NCBI GenBank assembly: GCA_963807605.1
Contig: CAWECG010000004.1
Location: 608,001-672,000, forward strand
DNA from: Candidatus Bathyarchaeota archaeon
Lineage (GTDB): Archaea > Thermoproteota > Bathyarchaeia > 40CM-2-53-6 > RBG-13-38-9
Direction: 5' to 3'
Length of the DNA: 64,000 bases
Shown here in pieces: positions 41,985-51,609 of this stretch. The position numbers and the translations under genes were made by a program. Every line of letters begins with the position of its first letter. Positions within the stretch are counted from its first letter, which is position 1. Below the pieces are notes generated by a model, which was given only the letters and a program-made list of their open reading frames with translations, ran no database searches and was not told where the DNA came from.

Positions 41985-42440
41985 CCAGCGTTCTTTCAGC
42001 CCGATCAATAATAAGACGCAGAGGCTCAGGCTTCTCATTGTCTTGGAAGACCTCTGGATGATGCCTATCTAATTCTTCCAAGAGCCTCTTTGCGTAATCA
42101 AAACAAAAATCTCTAGAAGACTCTGGAAGAGCTCCTCTTCTCGTCGCCATTTAAACAGGATAGCGGTATACTCATCCTGCGAGATAGGCTGGTTTGCTCG
42201 GCGGGCCTTACGTCTCTGAGCTTCTTCCTTTTTTATCTTGGATCTGAAGAGTGCCATTAGGGCGCTGCTCTTGCCCACTCCTTGATTGCCGACCAGACCG
42301 ATAAGGCCGCCCTCCGTCACTTCCAATCTATCTGTAACTTTGAGCTGCTTCCGGCCATACGTACCAGTTGTCGACCCAAGTTGAATAGCGACTTTCCGAG
42401 GCCAGTTGACTTGCCCATGCGTAGACCTCTTCGATCGGCA
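41985..42440 (-). pseudogene. P-loop NTPase fragment
   Basis: GLIGLVGNQGVGKSS Walker A; frameshifted and truncated at the tnpB remnant. Confidence 0.55.
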
Positions 42441-42647
42441 CAGACTTTACAAATTTATTATTTCCAGGCAAGGTATAGGACAGAATTACATGTCGAATAG
42501 TGGTTAATGAATTATATACATCCTCGAGCCAAAGGAATCAATGCAAGAATTAGCGCGTGCTGATACTAGATTCTTACGCGTGCATGTTGACCCTAACAGG
42601 TTAAACCTGATGCCGTCCAATATAGCCCGATCATTGGAGTAACCTGG

Positions 42648-44171
42648 TTGGTCGATTTGGAGCCTAGTGCTGATGTTCTGAAGACGACCAGGGGCTCTGT
42701 GAGCCTCATGGCTCAGAGTGCTCTTAACTCTGCTTTGGGCTTGGTCTTCTTCATTCTGCTGGCCAGATTAATTACAAAGCCCGAGATGGGCATATACACG
42801 GCTCTAATATCCACCTACGGAGTCTTAAGTGTGGTCGGGGTCTTCGGGCTGAGCGGAGCCGCGGCGCGATTTATACCTGAACTAATTGCTGAAGGATCGT
42901 CTGAGAAAGCTTCCTCCGCGGCTATAACGATCATCAAGATATCAGTAATCTCATCAATAATAGCTTCAGCCGCTTATTTTGGCCTCGCCCCTTACTTCTC
43001 TTCTATCTTTGCTAAATCAGTAATCTATACAGATCTGTTTAGACTAGCATCGATCGTGATTTTGACGCAGGCGCTCTCAACCGTTGTTGACGGCTTGATG
43101 CAAGGCGTACAGGAGTTCGGCGTGCTGGCTGTTATCCGAGTTGTGGGACAGATAGCAAGAATCTTTGTAACAGTTCTCTTATTGTTGATCGGCTACGGGC
43201 TTGTGGCTGTGTTGATCGGCTGGGCAGCATCCGGCATATCTATCTCGGTTCTCCCGATTCCCTTTCTTAGGAGGCGTCTTGGGCTAAAGCGGGATCCCTA
43301 CCCAGAGAGGGTGATTCTCGATTTTTCGATTCCACTTCTCGGCGCAAATCTGCTACTCTTCATCTCGTCTTACGCCGACGTCTTTGTGACTATGATCTCC
43401 TCCGTACCTGCCAAAGTTGGAGCTTACAATGTGTCTATTACGGCCTCGTCGATGCTTCTCAATGTGGTAATCGCATCTATGACGGCGACATTGCTTCCCG
43501 CCTTGTCCAGAGCATATGGCAAAGGCGGACAAAGAGCGGTGGAGGAGTCGCTGAGAAGAGCAAGCAGGTATGTGGCTTTGATCTATATTCCTGTTGGATT
43601 GGGGTTTGCAGCCTTGTCCCAGCCGATTATCTGGTTGATGGCGGGTAGAAGTTATCAAGAGGCCGTCTTTCCCTTGGCGATGATCTCCATCTCCTCAATA
43701 GCGTCAGGTCTGGTTGTGCCAATTACTCTTGGACTTCAAGCCTTAGGAAAGACCGCGACCGTCCTCAGAATCACAGTAGTCGCATTGATTGTTGAAATTC
43801 TGGTTGGCTTGGTGACCGTACCTGTTATTGGGATTCTAGGCGCATCTATCGCCAGATCTGTCCTTTTTGTCTCCACCTTGATCTACGGAGTTTTCGCAGC
43901 TAGGACATTCATGCGCATAAGCTTCGATCGGGAGGCTGTTTGGAAGAGTGGGTTGGCAGGAGGCGTTATGGCTATCGCTGTTGCTGAACTGCAGGCTTTC
44001 CATACTTCAGTAGTGCTTCTGCCTGTATACGTGGCTGCTGGTGTCTTTACATATCTTTTAGCGCTGAAGGTGTTGAGAGGGTTGAGCGGTGCAGACATCC
44101 TAGTCATCGAGGGAACCTTACCTGAAAGCCTAAGATGGACGATGAAGCCAATCCAAAGATTATTCGATTGA
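42648..44171 (+). CDS. Oligosaccharide flippase (Wzx/MOP family)
   Basis: About 14 TM, LARL...GIY, VGAYN, GILGASIA. Confidence 0.9.
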   Translation: MVDLEPSADVLKTTRGSVSLMAQSALNSALGLVFFILLARLITKPEMGIYTALISTYGVLSVVGVFGLSGAAARFIPELIAEGSSEKASSAAITIIKISVISSIIASAAYFGLAPYFSSIFAKSVIYTDLFRLASIVILTQALSTVVDGLMQGVQEFGVLAVIRVVGQIARIFVTVLLLLIGYGLVAVLIGWAASGISISVLPIPFLRRRLGLKRDPYPERVILDFSIPLLGANLLLFISSYADVFVTMISSVPAKVGAYNVSITASSMLLNVVIASMTATLLPALSRAYGKGGQRAVEESLRRASRYVALIYIPVGLGFAALSQPIIWLMAGRSYQEAVFPLAMISISSIASGLVVPITLGLQALGKTATVLRITVVALIVEILVGLVTVPVIGILGASIARSVLFVSTLIYGVFAARTFMRISFDREAVWKSGLAGGVMAIAVAELQAFHTSVVLLPVYVAAGVFTYLLALKVLRGLSGADILVIEGTLPESLRWTMKPIQRLFD

Positions 44172-44194
44172 CAATCAAGAGATCATTTTCAAAA

Positions 44195-45076
44195 ATGCGC
44201 CATCTCTTCAAAGTACTATTACTGGGGCTTCTTGCATTATCAGGGGCCCTCTTGGTCTATTCTTTCTCGGATTTATCGAAACATCAACCTCTCCAAACTC
44301 CGTTTTCAACAACTGCTAATCTCACTTCCCTGCAAACCGAGGCTTACTCAACTTCAACCTTTACTTATTTCACAAATTCTAATCCTGTTCCAGTTTATAC
44401 GTACAGAGTGGTCAACGTCTATCCTCATGACCCAAACGCCTTCACAGAAGGCTTGGTTTACGAGAACGGCTTTATGTATGAAGGAACTGGGCTTAATGGA
44501 CGCTCCTCTCTGCGCAGAGTGGAATTGGAGACAGGAAAGATTCTGCAGATTCGTACGTTGCCAGACCAATTTTTCGGCGAGGGCGTAACCATTTATGGAA
44601 ACAAGATCATCCAGTTGACATGGAAATCCCATGTCGGCTTTGTCTACGATAAAGATAGCTTTGAGTTGCTACAGAATTTCAACTATCCATTTGAGGGCTG
44701 GGGCATTACACATGATGAAAGGCGTTTGATCGTAAGCGACGGTACATCGACACTTCATTTCCTGGATCCTCTAAGCTTTGAGGAGATAGGTCAGGTTAAA
44801 GTATCTGACAATGCTGGGCCTGTGACCAACCTCAACGAACTGGAATACATCAAAGGGGAGATATACGCCAATGTCTGGCAAACCAACTTGATCGCTAGAA
44901 TTAATCCTCAGACAGGTCAAGTGACTGGATGGATAAATCTTCAAGGACTTTTAGGAGCGTCCAGTCAACCTGTCGCTGAACTCAACGGTATCGCTTATGA
45001 CGCTGAGGGTGATCGGTTGTTTGTAACCGGAAAGTTGTGGCCTAGCATATACGAGATCAAACTGGTCAACAATTAG
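44195..45076 (+). CDS. Glutamine cyclotransferase (plant/bacterial type), membrane-anchored
   Basis: YPHDPNAFTEGL, FFGEG, EGWG, LNELE, NGIAYD, VTGKLW. Confidence 0.92.
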   Translation: MRHLFKVLLLGLLALSGALLVYSFSDLSKHQPLQTPFSTTANLTSLQTEAYSTSTFTYFTNSNPVPVYTYRVVNVYPHDPNAFTEGLVYENGFMYEGTGLNGRSSLRRVELETGKILQIRTLPDQFFGEGVTIYGNKIIQLTWKSHVGFVYDKDSFELLQNFNYPFEGWGITHDERRLIVSDGTSTLHFLDPLSFEEIGQVKVSDNAGPVTNLNELEYIKGEIYANVWQTNLIARINPQTGQVTGWINLQGLLGASSQPVAELNGIAYDAEGDRLFVTGKLWPSIYEIKLVNN

Positions 45077-45239
45077 ACTGAAGCAGCATCGTAGGCTTAT
45101 GTGTGCTACTTAAGTCGTCAATTGTGGGATTGGGCGGGATCCGTCTAGCCACGCGCGCTTTAAGCTCTTGTGACGTTGTTTTCGGTGTCCTTGGCAATAG
45201 AGGTATTGAATCGGTTAGGAGACTCATCGATCAGGTACA

Positions 45240-45800
45240 TTAAGCCCGTCTTTGTTTTGCTTTTCTTTGAAGAGCCTTTAGCAAGGGAAGAACGTCGGCC
45301 CTTTCAGCAATAGCATATAGGTAATGACTGTCCAATTTCAACTTGCTATTCTCAAGTACGCTGAGGACGTCGACTTCATCTTGACTTCTTCTGTCTCTTC
45401 TTGCGAGCTTGTTGATTATGAAGTCTTCAGGTCCGATTATCCAGAACTTGGATTCTGCTATGTTGACTTTTTGTCTTCTTCGAAGGCACTCTGCATCCAA
45501 GGTTATCCCGTCGGGTTTGATCCAGACCTTTACCTCCGTTGCAGTCTTTATGTTTGTTAGAATGAAGCAGGGTGTTCCCTCCGTGAAGGAGGATACTTGA
45601 AAACCAGCGTTTTCGAGTTCTTTCTTGAGTTGCATCGGATCCTGTGATTTCATAGCTATAGCTATGTCGATGTCGACGGTTGCTCTGATTAGGCCATATG
45701 CGGGTAGCGCATATCCGCCAATCAGCATATAGTCTACGTGTGACCTGTCAAGTGCTTGTGCTAGGTTCTGCAGAGTTTCTGATATTGAGGGCAATCTCAT
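45240..45800 (-). CDS. Nucleotidyltransferase-fold protein (TA-like)
   Basis: YMLIGGYA..YG..RATVDIDI, PEDFIINKL..R.QD..D. Confidence 0.85.
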   Translation of the reverse strand: MRLPSISETLQNLAQALDRSHVDYMLIGGYALPAYGLIRATVDIDIAIAMKSQDPMQLKKELENAGFQVSSFTEGTPCFILTNIKTATEVKVWIKPDGITLDAECLRRRQKVNIAESKFWIIGPEDFIINKLARRDRRSQDEVDVLSVLENSKLKLDSHYLYAIAERADVLPLLKALQRKAKQRRA

Positions 45801-46152
45801 TCATCTCGATAAACCTCTCGTAAGGGTCGATGCCGGAGTCGATAATCTTGTTCCTTAATCTTAGTTGTTCTAGCGCAGTACGTATGTCGTTGTCGTTCAT
45901 CTTGATCATCATGTCGTTGATCGCATGCAAGTTTTCAAGCATCATGACTCCTAGAGGGGAGAGCGTAGCGATCTTCTTTGGTCTGCCTCGGCCATTTGGA
46001 CATTGTGTCAACTCCAATGATCCGGCTCTCTCCAGTTCTTTTATTAGGCGCATTTTGCTTGTGTGGCTGCCGCCTAGGATGCTAAGAATCTCGCGTACGC
46101 CAAGTTGCTTCTTGGAGCAGAGTTCTAGCAGTTGCATCTCCGAACTGAACAT
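45748..46152 (-). CDS. wHTH protein, putative antitoxin/regulator of the NTase
   Basis: HTH with GRGRPKK wing; overlaps the NTase gene. Confidence 0.7.
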   Translation of the reverse strand: MFSSEMQLLELCSKKQLGVREILSILGGSHTSKMRLIKELERAGSLELTQCPNGRGRPKKIATLSPLGVMMLENLHAINDMMIKMNDNDIRTALEQLRLRNKIIDSGIDPYERFIEMNEIALNIRNSAEPSTST

Positions 46153-46170
46153 CTATGGCGCGCGCCCACT

Positions 46171-46195
46171 TTTTGTTCCTAAAACGGGAACAAAA
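46171..46195. promoter_or_regulatory. Operator-like inverted repeat upstream of wHTH-NTase
   Basis: TTTTGTTCC-N7-GGAACAAAA. Confidence 0.65.
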
Positions 46196-46198
46196 CAT

Positions 46199-47523
46199 GT
46201 GACATCCTCCCACGGCTAAAGTCGTGGGCTTCCCGCTTCAACATCTTTGCTTACCATTCCCCTTAGGGATGGCAGAGGCTTAGACTCTACGGGCGTGTTC
46301 ACCCACCGTCCGTGGGCATAGTCGGGTTTGAAGCCTGACAGACCAATCTTCTTGATTAGTTTAGCTGAATTCTCGTCTCTTGGAAGAGACTCACCGCAAT
46401 TCGGGCATATATGATCTCTCTCGCTCAGGTCTTTCGGCACCCATGATAGGCAGTTGTGGCAGAATTGTGTGGTACCCCATGGGTCGACCGGCATGAACCA
46501 TTTGCCGAGCAGGTTGGCTTTGAAACTGGTTTTCCGTATGAATGTTCCTGGTGAGGCGTCTTGAATGCTTTTGGCTAGGCGGTGGTTTCTCATCATGTTG
46601 ATTACAGACAGTTTCTCCAAGAATAGGACATCGCTGGTTTTGTACAGTGTTGCTAGTGTCTTGTTTTGCTGGTCGTCTCTCTGACATGCTACATGATGGT
46701 GTTGCCTTGCAAGTCTCAAAGCCAATTTTCTCCTATTTCCTGAGCCCTTCTTTGCTCTTGACATTACTCGCTGCAGCCTCTTGATCTTCTCCTCAGACTT
46801 TCTCAGAAACTTCGGTGGCTCCATCGTGATTCCATCTGAGAGTGTCAGGAACTTAATCAGCCCTATGTCTCCACCTTTGATCCGCTCATCTGGAATCTTC
46901 TCGATGGGGGTCTTCTTTTTATCTGGAATTTTGCAGGCGAATATCACATACCATTGTCCAGCATTGTACTTTACAGTCAAAGTTTTGACTTGACCTTCCA
47001 CCGGTCTATGCATGAAGAGTCGGACATTCCCTATCCCCGAAAGGTACAGCTTATTGTTGCACAACTTGAAGCCTGATTGTGGATAGGTGAAGGAGAGATA
47101 CTTCTTTGAATGTTTATTTTTGGGGAATCTTGCTCTACCCTCAAAGTAGTTCTTGAATGATTCTCGCAAGCCTTGTAGCAACGCTCTGGACGACTTGGCT
47201 ATGTATTCCATGAAGATTCTCGTCTTCTCGTCTAAACTCTAGCGCCTTCAGCCTCAAGTCGGTTCTGCTCAAGCTGACATGCTCCTGTTTCCAAGTACCA
47301 ATCTTCAGATCCCTAAGTTTATTGTATAGCTCACACAATGCGGATAGGTGGCTTTTCATCAGCCTTCCCTGCCCCGCCCTGGGGTAGATACGGTACTTGT
47401 AGGCTAGAAGCATCTCAGCACCTAACAAATATATGTCGGCCCAGAAACTTAAGCATCTAGCACCTCACTCTGGAACGCAATTCATACCACGGTTAAAGCC
47501 GTGGGTTTTCTTGCGAATCTTCT
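46199..47523 (-). mobile_element. tnpB-only element, family 2 copy C
   Basis: TTAT flank at 47524-47527; RE ends TCAC. Confidence 0.9.
46216..47413 (-). pseudogene. tnpB: tnpB family 2, +1 frameshift near 47163
   Basis: Two overlapping ORFs colinear with copy A. Confidence 0.85.
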
Positions 47524-47556
47524 ATAAGGCGCGGATGAGGGATAAGTGAGAACGTT

Positions 47557-48129
47557 ATGGATTTCTTTGAGACTATTCGGAAGAGAAAGTCCGTAAGATC
47601 TTATTTGCAGACACCAATCTCGAAGCATATGCTTGTCAAGATCTTGGATGCGGCGAGGGTAGCTCCTTCGGCGAGTAACAAGCAGCCCTGGCACTTTATC
47701 ATCGTAGAGGAGAAGGCTAAACGTGTTCAAATTGCCCAGGGTTGTGGTTACGGGAAGTTTCTGGCTGAATCGCCTGTAATTATTGTGGGTTGCGGAGATA
47801 AGAGAGCCTCACCAGACTGGTATGTTGTGGACACAACAATAGCTCTGGAGCATATTGTCTTGGCAGCTGCAGCTTTAGACCTTGGAACATGTTGGATCGG
47901 AAGCTTTGATGAAGAAGAAGTTCGGGAGATGTTGAGGATTCCTGAAAGGTTTGAGGTTATTGCTTTGATAGCACTGGGATATCCGCGCAAGACATTCGAT
48001 CTGCTTGCTAAGATTGTCCATCTTCTGAGACCCAGGAGGAAACTTGAAGACATCATCTCCCTGGAAATCTATGGCGAACAAATGAGGCGGCACACAGTCT
48101 CAGTTTCGGATGCACCCACACAAGTGTAG
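47557..48129 (+). CDS. Nitroreductase family protein
   Basis: RKSVRSY, APSASNKQPW, LGTCWIG. Confidence 0.93.
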   Translation: MDFFETIRKRKSVRSYLQTPISKHMLVKILDAARVAPSASNKQPWHFIIVEEKAKRVQIAQGCGYGKFLAESPVIIVGCGDKRASPDWYVVDTTIALEHIVLAAAALDLGTCWIGSFDEEEVREMLRIPERFEVIALIALGYPRKTFDLLAKIVHLLRPRRKLEDIISLEIYGEQMRRHTVSVSDAPTQV

Positions 48130-48431
48130 TTTCGTGCAAGCGCACGCTAAATGTAAGATTGGCGATTCAAAGATCCTGTAGAAGAATACGCAATTTGCCG
48201 AAACGATTCACAGCTAAAGAGTCTGCGTCAAGGATACGCCTGCAAAGTCAGTTATTGTGACGCCTTGCCTAGCACTAGCAGGACTAATCGCAACCATATC
48301 AAGTGTTGCAGTTGTTACTTGCGCAGCATACTCCTATAGCCTGCGCTTGCCTGACATGCTGAGTAAAATGTTTCTTTGGTGATGGCGCTCAGGGCATACG
48401 AATTGATTGTGCTCAACTGTGGCGTACTAAT

Positions 48432-49175
48432 CTACGAATGATCCCATTTTACTGTGAAGCTTGTGCCACCAGTAAGTCCTGATGGCTGGGCCTTGATAGT
48501 TCCGGTGGATGTTGTCATGGTTAGTGCATCATATTTCCATGCAGCATCGTTTATGTTGCCGGTGTGTCCGTTCAGAGTTGCTTGAGCGTTTTTGAAAGTA
48601 ACAGTTCCAAAGTCTGCTAGTGGTAGAACTCCACCTGAGGAGGGTGCCTCTGCGATCCATTCAGCAGACGTTCTCTTAGCATTTGGCAGTGTCTGAGTTG
48701 TCGAGAAAGTTGTTTTGGCTGTGACATCGTTGATTGTCAACACGAAGCTACTCGGAGCCGAATATTTGACTTCCGCAGTGATTGAATCTCCTGGATGAAT
48801 TGTCATCTTTATTGTTGCAGAAGATTTAGGATACATTTCATACCAGGCATAGTATGTTGGTGTGCCTGAAGGGGAGTCAGAATCTGTTCCTATCTGCTCA
48901 ACAGTATTGGAGGAGTAGCCGTCTATCCCGATCCAAAAAGATGAATATCCGTTTGGCTTGGCTGAGACTGACGGGACTGTCCAGGTGCCTTTCACATCTG
49001 TTACTGCTCCAGTCTGAGGTTTGCTAAGACTTGTTTCAACTGCATAACCTGACCAGTTCAGGCTTGTTCCGTCTTTTATGTGAATCCTTGGAGCATGGTC
49101 TAAAAGCGGTCCTGAAGACGCTAAAGATGGAGTAAGCAAAATGGCCAGTATCAATAAGGCATAAACAGACTTCAT
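48432..49175 (-). CDS. Secreted G1-family glutamic peptidase
   Basis: SLNWSGY, WIGIDG, EQIGT, AWYE, SAEWIAE; signal peptide from ATG 49175. Confidence 0.88.
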   Translation of the reverse strand: MKSVYALLILAILLTPSLASSGPLLDHAPRIHIKDGTSLNWSGYAVETSLSKPQTGAVTDVKGTWTVPSVSAKPNGYSSFWIGIDGYSSNTVEQIGTDSDSPSGTPTYYAWYEMYPKSSATIKMTIHPGDSITAEVKYSAPSSFVLTINDVTAKTTFSTTQTLPNAKRTSAEWIAEAPSSGGVLPLADFGTVTFKNAQATLNGHTGNINDAAWKYDALTMTTSTGTIKAQPSGLTGGTSFTVKWDHS

Positions 49176-49224
49176 AACTAGGAATTCCGCCACTGAACAC
49201 TTAAAATTATCGCAGACGCGCTTT

Positions 49225-49790
49225 CTAGGCGCGAGCTTCGGGATATCTATCAGCCACAAAACCATCCACAAGATCCTTGTCAAAGCGGGGTTGAACAACT
49301 CCACCTCCAAACCCAGAAGAGTCTGGGGCAGGACCTGGTTCGAGCGGCCGTACAGCAACAACCTATGGCAAACCGACTTTAAGCTCACATGGGCTGATGA
49401 GTGGGGGGGTCAGTTATCTGGACGATCTAGCCGTTTCGTTACAGGCTCAAGAATCCATCATGATCCAACAGCTAAACACGCCATCAAACTCTTGAAGAAA
49501 TCCATGAAACAGTGCGGGAAGCCAAAGATCTGACCGATCGAGGAATACAATTCTATCCAGGAAGAGGGGAAGGGCCCTCAACATTCACAGAGTTCTGCAT
49601 GGGAAACGGTATACAACACATCGTTGCGAGCGTAAGAAGACCATCAATAATAGGTAAGATAGAAGTCCACAAAGCTTACAAATACGAAGCCTCGATGTTC
49701 CCAAACCAATAATTCGTGAACTACTGGTACTACTAGCGACCACACCAAGGAGTAAGCTATCTATACCCCGCAGACGTATAATTCAGAGAC
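49225..49790 (+). pseudogene. IS481-like DDE (integrase core) transposase remnant
   Basis: FERPYSNNLWQTDFK, SRFV, LTDRGIQF, GIQHI...GKIE; several frameshifts. Confidence 0.8.
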
Positions 49791-49848
49791 CTAAGGAAAG
49801 GGACAAATGAGAGTAGCTAAGACAGTGGCATGATAAGGAGAGTTAGAC

Positions 49849-50514
49849 TTGAGTAGGATGACATGGTTGAGGATGGTATGCGCCTTTGTCATAGTCCTGC
49901 TTATTTTCTTCTCAATCATAGCGTCGGCGACAGCCCAAGGCAAGCCAATTAACGTGGGTTTGGCTGCTGGCCTACCTCTGCCGATTGGGCAAACCTCCAC
50001 CGTCACCGTCTCGGTTCAGGACATCTCGAACAGCTCGGTACAGATTATGTTCGTTGGACTTCGTTTTGACTGGAATAAACCAGGCGATTTCTACGTCGGC
50101 GATAGTAGTGACAAAGGGGCAATGTTGGCTGCTACTGAACAAGTGACATACAAAATACGGGTGGCGGTTCCTGACAATGCTTCGGCTGGAACTTACAAGC
50201 TTACTACATATGTCAGGTATCGTCTATCAGTAAGAGGGAATTGGACAAGTGCGATTGGAGCGAATTGGGTGTCAGATGTTCCGCTTGACTATCCTAAGAC
50301 TCAAAGCCAACAAACCAGCATTCAAAGCCAAGCTCAAAGTCAGAGCACTTCGGAGCAAGGAGGAACACAGCAAACATATAACCTGTCAACTTACGGGATC
50401 GCAGCTATCGTAGCACTGGTCATAATCGTCGGAATCGCTCTATCTATTGGTCGTGTCAGGCGTCTTGAAGGAAAGCGGAAACGGGTTCCAAGCTCGGATT
50501 TGAGAAACTCCTAA
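49849..50514 (+). CDS. Secreted Ig-like protein with Q/S linker and C-terminal membrane anchor
   Basis: Signal peptide, beta-rich domain, TM helix plus basic tail. Confidence 0.75.
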   Translation: MSRMTWLRMVCAFVIVLLIFFSIIASATAQGKPINVGLAAGLPLPIGQTSTVTVSVQDISNSSVQIMFVGLRFDWNKPGDFYVGDSSDKGAMLAATEQVTYKIRVAVPDNASAGTYKLTTYVRYRLSVRGNWTSAIGANWVSDVPLDYPKTQSQQTSIQSQAQSQSTSEQGGTQQTYNLSTYGIAAIVALVIIVGIALSIGRVRRLEGKRKRVPSSDLRNS

Positions 50515-50775
50515 TGTTGGTGGACATAGGAAATCGGTCCAGGTAGTGCGGTGGAATCTCACCCCCTGCTTAGATCATCTCGTCTTGGATAAGGAGCGAC
50601 GTGACAACATGAAGCTGGGCGGAAATGTCTTTGAGAATGTGGGAGACCCAGGAACTGAATCGACCTACGTCTGAATCTCCTGACCAAGGAATAGTTCACG
50701 AAACGTTGGGTTCGTAGGTGGACTGCACGTGGACACTAGAGTGGTATTGGCTGACCAGGCGAGGTCGTAACGCCA

Positions 50776-51540
50776 GTGTGGGGTCGATCGGAGACTGAAC
50801 GGTACGATAGACTTCACGAACTTTGGCAGATAGACCGCTACCGAGATTTCAGTCCGTTCTATTCGGCTCGTAAACGGATTATTGAAAGGCTTATAGCCGA
50901 GAATACGACGCGTGGGATTTTCGTTCTGGATGTCGGCTGTGGGACAGGGAATATCGTGCGCTTCTTGGGTTCGCGAGCTGACTTCTACTTGGGAATCGAT
51001 GTGTCAAGGCGCGCGTTGAAGGAGGCATCAAAGAAATTCAGGGGCGCCTCTTTTTTGCTCGCGGCGGCGAATGCCCTACCAATCAAAGAGGAGAGATTTG
51101 ACTTGGCAGTTTGCACCGAGGTTCTCGAGCATTTGGAAGCTGATGCTCAGGCGGTGAACGAGATATTGAGGGTTCTCAGAAAAGATGGTTTGGCGCTTCT
51201 AACGGTTCCTCAGAACCCGAAGTATTGGACAGATGAGGATGCATTCGATCATCATCTGCGCAGATATGAAGCATCTGATTTTGCACGCATGCTTCAGAGT
51301 CAGGATTTGAAGATTGAGAAGTTTTTAAGTTGGGGATTTCCGCTCGCCTACCTGTTCCGTAAGTACGTATCAACGAGGCTATTCAATGCTGGACTCCATG
51401 AGTCCTTGTCGATGAGGAAAGAATGGGCTGTGAGGGTAATGACTAAGGTTCTGGCCCAGATGTTTCGTTTCGACAATCTCTTCAACGACCTCAGCTTGGG
51501 TTTAGGGATTGTCGCTGTTGCAAGAAAAGTTGCCTCCTGA
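50776..51540 (+). CDS. Class I SAM methyltransferase
   Basis: VLDVGCGTG, EVLEHL, LTVP, HLRRY. Confidence 0.9.
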   Translation: MWGRSETERYDRLHELWQIDRYRDFSPFYSARKRIIERLIAENTTRGIFVLDVGCGTGNIVRFLGSRADFYLGIDVSRRALKEASKKFRGASFLLAAANALPIKEERFDLAVCTEVLEHLEADAQAVNEILRVLRKDGLALLTVPQNPKYWTDEDAFDHHLRRYEASDFARMLQSQDLKIEKFLSWGFPLAYLFRKYVSTRLFNAGLHESLSMRKEWAVRVMTKVLAQMFRFDNLFNDLSLGLGIVAVARKVAS

Positions 51541-51609
51541 CGAATCGTCTGGTAGCAAATGCACTTGTGACAGTAGGTCAAACGTTTTCAGCGCTTCTTA
51601 GTGTCGGAA

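Noticed and set aside
8788-47413. TnpBs as Cas12f/type V effectors
   Set aside because: No array or cas1/cas2; transposon ends or an adjacent tnpA are present
49176-49388. N-terminal extension of the G1 peptidase
   Set aside because: Antisense of the IS481 remnant; the signal peptide begins at 49175
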